Positions 18,632 to 26,399 of a stretch of 32,380 nucleotides of DNA are shown one piece after another. Below the pieces are notes generated by a model. That model saw only the letters and a list, made by a program, of their open reading frames with translations, searched no databases and was not told where the DNA came from. Origin of the DNA: a bacterium. Lineage in GTDB: Bacteria; Bacillota_I; Bacilli_A; RFN20; DUOF01. Where the stretch lies: contig DUOF01000143.1 of assembly GCA_012839015.1 (NCBI GenBank), positions 1-32,380 of the forward strand, written 5' to 3'. The position numbers and the translations under genes are program-made. Numbering within the stretch: position 1 is the first letter of the stretch; every line of letters begins with the position of its first letter.

Positions 18632-18746
18632 TAGTATTATGTTCTGTTATCAATAATTTATACAAAAAAAGAAAAAGGCCCATATAATGAGTCCCTTTCA
18701 TTGTTACTAACTTGAGTTCGTTAGTAGCACCTCAAACGAGGATTTT

Positions 18747-18766
18747 TGTAGATCTCGATATCTACA
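18747..18766. repeat. Palindrome H3: TGTAGAT-ctcgat-ATCTACA
   Basis: 7-bp inverted repeat with the same arms as H2, starting 36 nt downstream of the rpsU stop. Confidence 0.8.
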
Positions 18767-18801
18767 TTCATATTTTAATCAAATATTTAAAAATTATTCA
18801 A

Positions 18802-18984
18802 TTATCTACGTTTTTTACTCTTCTTCCTAGCTTCAATAGATTTTAATTTTCTTTTTACTCCAGGTTTAACGTAATACTTGCGTTTTTTAACAGCAGCAAG
18901 AGTTCCTGCCTTTGATACTGAACGTTTAAAACGACGTAGAGCGTCATCTAAATCTTCATTATCATGAACTGATATTTTTGGCAT
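18802..18984 (-). CDS. rpsU: 30S ribosomal protein S21
   Basis: 60 aa: [60 protein letters not shown]. This is the canonical S21 sequence pattern. GGAGGAGGG lies upstream. Confidence 0.96.
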   Translation of the reverse strand: MPKISVHDNEDLDDALRRFKRSVSKAGTLAAVKKRKYYVKPGVKRKLKSIEARKKSKKRR

Positions 18985-19025
18985 TTAATTTCCCTCCTCC
19001 TGATGCAACTAGCTAACGAATATAA

Positions 19026-19054
19026 ATTATATATAACGGTTTTGATAAAATCAA
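19026..19054 (-). promoter_or_regulatory. Near-consensus sigma-A promoter for rpsU
   Basis: Minus strand has TTGATT (19054..19049), a 17-nt spacer, then TATAAT (19031..19026). Confidence 0.65.
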
Positions 19055-19114
19055 TATATTTTTTAATCTTTTAATCATTTTCGGGGTAAATTCGACTAAA
19101 ACCATCAAATTTTG

Positions 19115-19768
19115 TCAATTATTAACTTCTTCTAATATTTTAATACCATTTGAGGTGCCAACCCTCTTCACCCCTAAATCGATAAATTGCTTAAATTCTG
19201 GGAATGATCTAATACCACCGCTGGCCTTGATCTCTAGGTTGGTATCGATGACACTTTTAATGGTTAAAATGTCATCGATACTAGCACCTCTAGAAGCAAA
19301 TCCGGTAGAAGTCTTAATAAAGTTTACTCCAACATCACTAAGTAACTTAGTTATCTTTATAATTTCTTCTTTGTTTAAGTAAGCAGTTTCAATAATCACT
19401 TTTAAAACTTTGTTAGCACAAATACTTTTAATACTTCTGATCTCACTTTCTAAGTAATCGAAGTTATTGTCCTTTAAGGCTGAGATATTAATAACCATAT
19501 CTATTTCATCTGCCCCATCTTCAATCGCTTTCTTAGTTTCAAATACTTTAGTTTCTATAATGTTAGCACCAAGTGGAAAACCAACGACCGTGCAGACTTT
19601 TACCTCACTGTTGCTTAAATATGATTTAGCAAGGGGGACATGGGCCGGGTTAATACAAACACTGTAAAACCCGTATTCAATCGCCTCACTACATAACTTC
19701 TTAATATCTTCATTAGTAGCATCAGCTTTTAAGTAGGTGTGATCAATATATTTAGCATAGTTATTCAT
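19115..19768 (-). CDS. deoC: Deoxyribose-phosphate aldolase
   Basis: 217 aa. IDHTYLK, VCTVVGFPLG, ADEIDMVINI, the Schiff-base segment FIKTSTGF, and IKASGGIR. Confidence 0.9.
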   Translation of the reverse strand: MNNYAKYIDHTYLKADATNEDIKKLCSEAIEYGFYSVCINPAHVPLAKSYLSNSEVKVCTVVGFPLGANIIETKVFETKKAIEDGADEIDMVINISALKDNNFDYLESEIRSIKSICANKVLKVIIETAYLNKEEIIKITKLLSDVGVNFIKTSTGFASRGASIDDILTIKSVIDTNLEIKASGGIRSFPEFKQFIDLGVKRVGTSNGIKILEEVNN

Positions 19769-21080
19769 GGATTATCTCTCCTAGTAGCTCATTATCTTTA
19801 GAGTCCTTATCAAATCCCTTAATTAAGACATTCTTTATTTGTCCGATTAGTGATTTATCACCGTCTACCTTAACTATCAAATAGTTGGTTGTATGACCTT
19901 TAAGTTTACCTTTTGAATCAACTGTTTCAAAAAGCACTTCCCTTTCACTACCAATAAATCTATTAGCGTATTCATAGTTAGCCTGCTTTGAGATTTCTAG
20001 AAGTTTGTTTACACGCTCTTTTTTTATTTTGCTAGTTACTTGCCCGCTCATCTTACTAGCAGGTGTTCCCTTTCTACTAGAGAAGGGAAAGACATGTATT
20101 GCATCAAAACCTATTTTATTAATTGTATCGACAGTTTCTTCAAATTCCTCATCACTCTCACCAGGAAAGCCAACGATGACATCGGTAGTGATTGCAATAT
20201 CTTTAAAATTATCTCTGATTTTTTTAAGTCTAGCAATAATATAGTCTTTATCATACTTACGGTTCATTCTTCTAAGAACGTTGTTACTTCCTGATTGTAA
20301 AGGTATATGTAGATGATCAACGATAACTCTAGTAGTAGCCATTAACTCGATTATCTCATCGGTAATCTCATGGACTTCAATCGATGAAATTCTAAGCCTT
20401 TTTAGGTCTTTTACTTCATTAACTATATCTTTTAAAAGATCTCCAAAAGAATAGTCATCGAAGTCTAAACCATACCCTCCGGTATGGATACCGGTTAGAA
20501 CAATTTCTTTGTAACCATTCTTAACTAGGGAATTTATTTCATTTAAAACAGAGTCCTTATTTCTAGATTTGACCCGACCCCTAGTATAGGGAATGATACA
20601 ATAACTACAATAATTATCGCAACCATCTTGTATTTTTACATAGGCCCTAGTGTTATCACTATACTTAATAACACTTAAGTTCTCATACTCGCTAAATTCC
20701 TTAGAATCATCTACTTTAATGATTTGAGTATTAGTTTCTTCATATTCTTTTATTAGTTTAGGTATAGAAGAGCGATGATTAGTACCAATAATGATGCTAA
20801 CACCTTCAATACGCGCTATATCTTGATAGTTAAGTTGGCTATAACATCCCATAACTATCATAATTGTGCCCGGATTTTCTCTGATTAAGTGTCTTATCCT
20901 TTGCCTACTTTTAGCATCACTTCTTGAAGTAACACTACAAGTATTTATAAGACACACATCTGCGATGCCATCTTTAGGAGAAGGAAGATATCCGCGTTCT
21001 TCTAACATCAAGGCCAGAGCCTCTGATTCATATGAATTAACCTTACAACCTAAGGTAACTATTTTATATTTCTTCATCAT
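19761..21080 (-). CDS. mtaB: Radical-SAM methylthiotransferase, MtaB (YqeV)-type
   Basis: 439 aa. N-terminal MTTase domain (TLGCKVNSYESE), radical-SAM cluster GCDNYCSYCIIPYTRG, and a TRAM-like C-terminus. It follows rsmE as in B. subtilis yqeU-yqeV. Confidence 0.85.
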   Translation of the reverse strand: MMKKYKIVTLGCKVNSYESEALALMLEERGYLPSPKDGIADVCLINTCSVTSRSDAKSRQRIRHLIRENPGTIMIVMGCYSQLNYQDIARIEGVSIIIGTNHRSSIPKLIKEYEETNTQIIKVDDSKEFSEYENLSVIKYSDNTRAYVKIQDGCDNYCSYCIIPYTRGRVKSRNKDSVLNEINSLVKNGYKEIVLTGIHTGGYGLDFDDYSFGDLLKDIVNEVKDLKRLRISSIEVHEITDEIIELMATTRVIVDHLHIPLQSGSNNVLRRMNRKYDKDYIIARLKKIRDNFKDIAITTDVIVGFPGESDEEFEETVDTINKIGFDAIHVFPFSSRKGTPASKMSGQVTSKIKKERVNKLLEISKQANYEYANRFIGSEREVLFETVDSKGKLKGHTTNYLIVKVDGDKSLIGQIKNVLIKGFDKDSKDNELLGEIIHE

Positions 21081-21801
21081 TACTGCCTCTTTCTAACATA
21101 AACGAAATTACACTAAGTAAATATATCGGTGCTGTTTCACTTCTTAGGATTCTTTTTCCTAGTGATACTTCAATGAAATCATTATCTTTTAGAAACTCAA
21201 CCTCTGATTCACTAAATCCGCCCTCAGGTCCGACAACTAGGGTTATGTCATTGTATTGCTTTTTAAGCAAACTATACAAGATAGAAGTATTAACCTCGCT
21301 AGCACTTTCATAAGCAATTAGGTTTAGTTCGCTCTTATATTTTACAAGTTCTTTTAAAGTAGCAATACTTGTCACTTCTACAAGACTGCTACGGTTTGAC
21401 TGTTTACAAGCCTCGATGGCAATTTTTTGCCATCTAGCGACTTTAGCGTCTTGTTTCTTCTTATCTATCTTAACGACGCTCCTTTTAGCATCAAAAGGAA
21501 TAATCCTACTTACACCAAGTTCACTAGTTTTTTGAACTACTAAATCAAATTTATCCCCTTTAACTAACGCGTAAACTAGATTAATCTTACTAGGCAGTTC
21601 ATTATCGATATTAGTTTCACTACTAATAAGAGCTTTTACTTGTTCACTTATTTCAAGGGTACATAAATATGTCTTACTCTCATAATTAACATAGATCTCA
21701 TCATTATTCTTAAGTCTTAACACATTTAAAATATGGTGATCATCACCCTCGTTAAAGGTAAAATAATCTCCCTCTTTGTTAACTGCAAAATACTGTCTCA
21801 T
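21064..21801 (-). CDS. rsmE: 16S rRNA (uracil1498-N3)-methyltransferase RsmE
   Basis: 245 aa. PUA-like N-terminus (HHILNVLRLK) and the SPOUT knot segment VVGPEGGFSESEVEFL ... LGKRILRSETA. Confidence 0.85.
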   Translation of the reverse strand: MRQYFAVNKEGDYFTFNEGDDHHILNVLRLKNNDEIYVNYESKTYLCTLEISEQVKALISSETNIDNELPSKINLVYALVKGDKFDLVVQKTSELGVSRIIPFDAKRSVVKIDKKKQDAKVARWQKIAIEACKQSNRSSLVEVTSIATLKELVKYKSELNLIAYESASEVNTSILYSLLKKQYNDITLVVGPEGGFSESEVEFLKDNDFIEVSLGKRILRSETAPIYLLSVISFMLERGSNDEEI

Positions 21802-21809
21802 AATATTTC

Positions 21810-22883
21810 CTACTTTAGAAACTCAGGAATTAAATCCTCTTCATCACTAGTTGTTTCACTACTAGTGTCTCCAATATCTAAAGTTGTTTGTTCGATCTTA
21901 GTATTTCTAACTAGGGTATAATTCTCTCTAATATAGTCCTCATCAAAATCAGTAGCAATGATTGATACTTTGATTTGATCTTCTATAGATTCATGTTGAG
22001 AGGCACCCAAAATTACATTTATGTCGCTGCCTGCTGCATCATTAATAATTTCTATTACATCATTAATATCAAATAGGGATAAACTTGTGTCCCCAGTAAC
22101 GTTAACGATGGCATTCTTAGCACCAGCGAAGGAAGCCTCTAGTAGAGGAGAAGAAATAGCCTTGTTAGTAGCATCGCTAACTTTATTAGGGCCATTACCA
22201 GTACCAAAACCAATCATGGCAATACCTTTATTTTGCATAACAGTCTTCACATCAGCAAAGTCACTATTAATAAAGTCGGTAGTACCAATTAAGTCTGTGA
22301 TGGTTCTAACACTCTGAGTCAAAATACCGTCAGCTTTCTTAAATGATTTACTAAATGGCATTTCGCCATCGATTTGTAATAATCTATCATTAGAAACTAT
22401 AATTAGTGAATCAACATGTTCTTTAAGGGCTTGTACACCTTCGCTAGCCTGGAAACCTCTAGTTTTACCTTCAAAGGTAAATGGTTTAGTAACCACTCCA
22501 ATAGTAAGCGCACCAAGTTCTTTAGCAATTCTTGCAATAACTGGCGCTGCCCCAGTACCAGTGCCTCCACCCATTCCTGCAGCAATAAAAATCATATCAG
22601 CACCTTCAAGAGCGGCTTTTATCTCCTCTTCACTCTCAATAGCAGACTCCCTACCAATTTCTGGATTTGACCCAGCTCCTAGTCCTTTGGTAATACTATG
22701 TCCTAAAATTATTCGATTCTGACACTTAGATTTATAAAGTGTTTGAATGTCGGTATTAGCAACCCAAAATTCTACCCCTTCAATTTCTTCTTCTAACATG
22801 TGGTTGACAGCGTTGTTGCCACCCCCACCAACACCGATTACTTTAATCGTGCAAAGTGGTTTTTGTCCGTAATTTTCAGTCAT
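21810..22883 (-). CDS. ftsZ: Cell-division GTPase FtsZ
   Basis: IKVIGVGGGGNNAVN, the tubulin signature GMGGGTGTGAAPVIA, and the C-terminal peptide DLIPEFLK. Confidence 0.97.
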   Translation of the reverse strand: MTENYGQKPLCTIKVIGVGGGGNNAVNHMLEEEIEGVEFWVANTDIQTLYKSKCQNRIILGHSITKGLGAGSNPEIGRESAIESEEEIKAALEGADMIFIAAGMGGGTGTGAAPVIARIAKELGALTIGVVTKPFTFEGKTRGFQASEGVQALKEHVDSLIIVSNDRLLQIDGEMPFSKSFKKADGILTQSVRTITDLIGTTDFINSDFADVKTVMQNKGIAMIGFGTGNGPNKVSDATNKAISSPLLEASFAGAKNAIVNVTGDTSLSLFDINDVIEIINDAAGSDINVILGASQHESIEDQIKVSIIATDFDEDYIRENYTLVRNTKIEQTTLDIGDTSSETTSDEEDLIPEFLK

Positions 22884-22895
22884 AGTTGCTCCCCC

Positions 22896-24131
22896 TTATA
22901 GATCATCTTCATTTAAAGTCAAAGTATCAAAATTAGAGAATTCTTTTTCTTTATTACCTTCATTAGTGATTATATCATTTTCATTTTCTATTTGTAAATT
23001 TTTATATCCCTTTTGTCCTAGATTATTATAAGTGAGTTTAATAAGTCCATAAGTTTGGATATTATTGGCTTTAGTAATCCCTAGAACATTAGATTTAGCC
23101 ACACTAGTTTCGACTTTAGCTAGTTGGTAGAATTTAGCATCTAAATTCTTAATCTCACTACCATAGCCACAAATAACTACTTCAAACTTATCCTTAAACA
23201 AGAGATTATTAGTTTCACTAAGCACTTGCTCTAGCAAAGCATTTAATTTAGCTTCGATTATTTTAGAGAGTTCCCTCTCACTAAGATAACTTACTCTACC
23301 ATTTATTTCTGATTTATAGATAGAATAATCGCTAGCTAGTTCACTCCTAGCATTACCATTTACTAATACTAATTCACGGGCCTGAGCAAGTTCCATATTA
23401 TAGGTAGTTGCCACCTCTTTTATAATACTTTCAATACCTTCTCCAAGAGAAATATATTTTAACAAACGTCCTTTTCTATAGATGTTTAGTCTAGTGGTGA
23501 ATCTAGAAAGATCCAGCACGGCAATATCTAGATCATCTTCACTAAATGCACCTTCATAAAGACAAATAGTATCAAGGAATTGGTATTCAACTTTTAAATT
23601 ACAAGCCTTAATAATTCTCTTATAAGTATTAATAAGTTCTTTTGGTAGAGTTAACAAGTTGTAACGTATTTTAAAAGTAGAAGATCTATATCCAAGTGGT
23701 ACAAAATTATGGGTTTCGTCATTATCTACTGTAAAGTCGATTGGGATGACTTCAATTATTTCTTGTCCCTCTTCAACCCTTGATTTATACGCGATTCTAA
23801 TAGCGTTATCAATATCAGTTTGGGTTATTAGTGAATTTTTACCGTTTACCGGAGAAGTCGCAGTTCTTTCTGAAATAGTAATACTATAAGAAGGAAGGCA
23901 CAGTGAAACGCTATTTATGTCTATCTCAATCTTACGTCTTGCAAGTGCTAGAAGTGAATTAAGTGTGTCGATAACTTCTTTTTCATCTACTATTTGTTCT
24001 CCTGCTAGTCCCTTAGAAGAACTAGTGAAAACATCGTAAATGTAGAAATTTGAATTAAAAAACTCTCCAACAGTTAGTCTAATTTGACCATCAATTAATT
24101 CCAAAGTAGTAAAGATTTGATTTCTATTCAT
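22896..24131 (-). CDS. ftsA: Cell-division protein FtsA (divergent)
   Basis: 411 aa with an actin/Hsp70-fold length and pattern. It sits between divIB and ftsZ. The C-terminus is acidic (…NFDTLTLNEDDL) rather than an amphipathic helix. Confidence 0.8.
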   Translation of the reverse strand: MNRNQIFTTLELIDGQIRLTVGEFFNSNFYIYDVFTSSSKGLAGEQIVDEKEVIDTLNSLLALARRKIEIDINSVSLCLPSYSITISERTATSPVNGKNSLITQTDIDNAIRIAYKSRVEEGQEIIEVIPIDFTVDNDETHNFVPLGYRSSTFKIRYNLLTLPKELINTYKRIIKACNLKVEYQFLDTICLYEGAFSEDDLDIAVLDLSRFTTRLNIYRKGRLLKYISLGEGIESIIKEVATTYNMELAQARELVLVNGNARSELASDYSIYKSEINGRVSYLSERELSKIIEAKLNALLEQVLSETNNLLFKDKFEVVICGYGSEIKNLDAKFYQLAKVETSVAKSNVLGITKANNIQTYGLIKLTYNNLGQKGYKNLQIENENDIITNEGNKEKEFSNFDTLTLNEDDL

Positions 24132-24143
24132 TTAATCACCTAT

Positions 24144-24944
24144 TCAATCAATTGGACATTTATTTTCTAGTAAATAACAGTTTATACTTACCGGATTGTC
24201 TACACTTGTAATTATATCATTTTCTTCTATATATTGACCAACTTTTTCCACTATTTCTTCATATTTCTCTAGCGAAAGTTTAGTGTCTAGGTAGTTTAAT
24301 TCATTGGTAATTAATAAATAACTCTCGTTATCATCTAAAAATAATGTCTTAGCATAATAAAAGGAAGATGAGCCGATTGGTTCTAGGCTTATCTCTAGCA
24401 TATTATTTAGGACTTTAGTGTCGAGTTTAGCCATCTTACTAATGAGCAGTAATTTAGTTTCAGCATCTAGTTGACCACTAATTAATGGCAAATTATTTAA
24501 ATCATTATAATAATGATATTCATGTTTATTAATTGTTTTACCGTTGCTTAGCAAAAGTAGATTGTCTTGATATCCTATCGGTACGATCTCTTCAATGTGA
24601 ATACTTATATTAAACGGTGTTCTTTTAAATCTTACATAACTAACATAAGGGTGTTCATTTAATAGCTCAACCCCTTTAGTCTCATCAATAAGTAACAGTA
24701 AACTGCGCTCATTAATATCCATAATTTCATTTAATTCATCATCACTAATATATACATTACCAGTGTAGGTAATCTTACCTACTCGAGAAACAGGCAAGAT
24801 AAAATATAGGCCAATTAAAGCCCAGATAACAAGTACCAGTAGTAAACGTGCTTTTTTTCGGTTCCTTCTACGTTTTTGATAGTTTTCTCTTTGAACGTCT
24901 AAGGAAAATGTTTTGGTTGTGAAAGCAGCAGTGTCGTTTTGCAA
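24144..24944 (-). CDS. divIB: Cell-division protein DivIB/FtsQ
   Basis: 266 aa. Basic cytoplasmic N-terminus (RRRNRKKAR), a single TM helix, a POTRA-like segment (VSRVGKITYTGNVYISDDEL), and a beta-rich ectodomain. TTG start lies 8 nt after GGAGG. Confidence 0.7.
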   Translation of the reverse strand: MQNDTAAFTTKTFSLDVQRENYQKRRRNRKKARLLLVLVIWALIGLYFILPVSRVGKITYTGNVYISDDELNEIMDINERSLLLLIDETKGVELLNEHPYVSYVRFKRTPFNISIHIEEIVPIGYQDNLLLLSNGKTINKHEYHYYNDLNNLPLISGQLDAETKLLLISKMAKLDTKVLNNMLEISLEPIGSSSFYYAKTLFLDDNESYLLITNELNYLDTKLSLEKYEEIVEKVGQYIEENDIITSVDNPVSINCYLLENKCPID

Positions 24945-24949
24945 TTAAA

Positions 24950-25102
24950 CTACCTCCGATCGATAACTATTATCTCCCTTATTAGTTTGATACCACTGTA
25001 ATGATACACTTTTTTCCTAATTAATTCAATTAAATAAAGCACATCTTTGCTTTTGGCGTCCCCGGTATTTATGATGAAATTAGCATGTTTTTCACTAATC
25101 AT
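24950..25102 (-). pseudogene. murB: Relic of the murB C-terminus (last ~50 codons only)
   Basis: Minus-strand ORF MISEKHANFIINTGDAKSKDVLYLIELIRKKVYHYSGIKLIREIIVIDRR matches the conserved MurB C-terminal block (GG..VS.KHANF.VN.G.A...D...LI..V...V....G..L..EV..IG). The two codons before the ATG still read GG, and an in-frame TGA lies just before those. Its position immediately upstream of divIB is the canonical murB position. Confidence 0.7.
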
Positions 25103-25137
25103 CTTTCCACCTCAAGAAAATATACGAATAAAGCAAA

Positions 25138-25166
25138 TAAAAAATACTAACTAGATTTAGTTAGTA
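25138..25166 (-). terminator. Intrinsic terminator T2 (second of a tandem pair after ftsL)
   Basis: Minus strand TACTAACTA-aatc-TAGTTAGTA (perfect 9-bp stem) followed by TTTTTT. Confidence 0.7.
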
Positions 25167-25176
25167 CAAAAAATTA

Positions 25177-25204
25177 ATAAAAAAGCTATATGTTTATAGC
25201 TTTT
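25177..25204 (-). terminator. Intrinsic terminator T1 directly after ftsL
   Basis: Minus strand AAAGCTATA-aaca-TATAGCTTT (9-bp stem) followed by TTTATTAATTTTTT. The stem overlaps the ftsL stop codon. Confidence 0.7.
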
Positions 25205-25433
25205 AGTCGTTATTCTTTATTTGTGCAGTTTTCACAGTAATTTCTTCAATTAACTTAATATTAACTGATTCAATTTCATTTAATTCTTCTTTCATGACAA
25301 CGTTTTCATTGGCAACAGTGTTTATTCTTGGTACAACAAATATTAGAGTAAACAAAGTAATCATGCTTACACAAATAGCAAATGTCCTTATTTGATAATC
25401 AATTTTTGTTTTCATTTTCTTCTTAATAATCAT
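25203..25433 (-). CDS. ftsL: FtsL-like bitopic division protein
   Basis: About 76 aa from ATG 25433, with AAGGGTGG upstream. Basic N-terminus, one TM helix (FAICVSMITLFTLIFVV), and a short coiled-coil ectodomain. It sits right after rsmH, as ftsL does. Confidence 0.55.
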   Translation of the reverse strand: MIIKKKMKTKIDYQIRTFAICVSMITLFTLIFVVPRINTVANENVVMKEELNEIESVNIKLIEEITVKTAQIKNND

Positions 25434-25448
25434 TGTAACCACCCTTTT

Positions 25449-26399
25449 CTATATTTTTTCTAAAATTCTTAGTTTTGCACTGTGTGAACGTCTGTTCTCA
25501 GTTAGTTCTTCTTCACTAGGTAAGATAACCTTTTTGTTTACTACCTGGTATTTAACTTTATTCTCTGTTGGTAAGCCAAGTGGCATATTTTTGTTCCACT
25601 TCTCGCCTTCTGAGACTTCTTTGAAGATCTTTTTGACTATTTTGTCTTCTAATGAATGAAATGTTATTACTGCTATCCTGCCTCCTTTATTTAATAGGTT
25701 AACCGCTTTTCTTAGAGCAGTTTCTATATTGTTTAATTCATCGTTTACTTCGATCCTTATAGCTTGAAAGGTTCTTTTGGCTGGATGACCTTCTCTTAGT
25801 TTAGAAGGTGGGAAGCTTTTTTTAATTATTTCTACTAGTTCTAGAGTAGTAGCGATATCCTTTTCTTTTCTTTGTTTTACAATATTCCTTGATATGCTTT
25901 TAGCAAACTTCTCTTCTCCATACTTAGAAATGATTTCATATAACTTAGCTTCCGTATAGGTATTAACAACAGTGTAAGCGTCAAGAGTTTGTTCTACATT
26001 CATTCTCATATCTAGTTTTGCATCTTTGTTATATGAGAATCCCCTTTCACCGTTATCAAGCTGGGGAGATGAGACACCTAAATCAAATAATATACCGTCA
26101 ACGTGTTTTACGTTTCTATTAGCTAATTCTTCCTCAATTTTTGAGAAGTTAGCGTGTATCAGTTCATATCGGGGAGATATTGTTGATAGCTTTGACTTAG
26201 ATGCCTCAATAGCTTCTTTGTCAAGATCGAATGCATATAGCATACCTTGACTGGATAATTTTTTAAGAATTTCAGAACTATGTCCTGCCCTCCCTAAGGT
26301 GGCATCTACATATGTTCCATCTTCTTTAATGTTGAGTCCATCAATGGACTCTCTTAATAACACAGAAATGTGTTTTTGCTTCTTAGTTTCCATAACCAC
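25449..26399 (-). CDS. rsmH: 16S rRNA (cytosine1402-N4)-methyltransferase RsmH (MraW)
   Basis: HISVLLRESI, DATLGRAGHS, FDLGVSSPQLD and ITFHSLEDKIVK. Confidence 0.94.
   Translation of the reverse strand: MVMETKKQKHISVLLRESIDGLNIKEDGTYVDATLGRAGHSSEILKKLSSQGMLYAFDLDKEAIEASKSKLSTISPRYELIHANFSKIEEELANRNVKHVDGILFDLGVSSPQLDNGERGFSYNKDAKLDMRMNVEQTLDAYTVVNTYTEAKLYEIISKYGEEKFAKSISRNIVKQRKEKDIATTLELVEIIKKSFPPSKLREGHPAKRTFQAIRIEVNDELNNIETALRKAVNLLNKGGRIAVITFHSLEDKIVKKIFKEVSEGEKWNKNMPLGLPTENKVKYQVVNKKVILPSEEELTENRRSHSAKLRILEKI

Noticed and set aside
14061-22670. Remaining antisense or alternative-frame track ORFs (14061-14406 in pnp; 16523-16756 in truB; 17458-17658 in ttcA-like; 19155-19667 in deoC; 20005-20294 and 20866-21096 in mtaB; 21733-21921 across rsmE/ftsZ; 22021-22670 in ftsZ; also 26026-26250 in rsmH)
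   Set aside because: All are nested in, or antisense to, conserved genes with recognisable motifs. None has a ribosome-binding site or a recognisable product.
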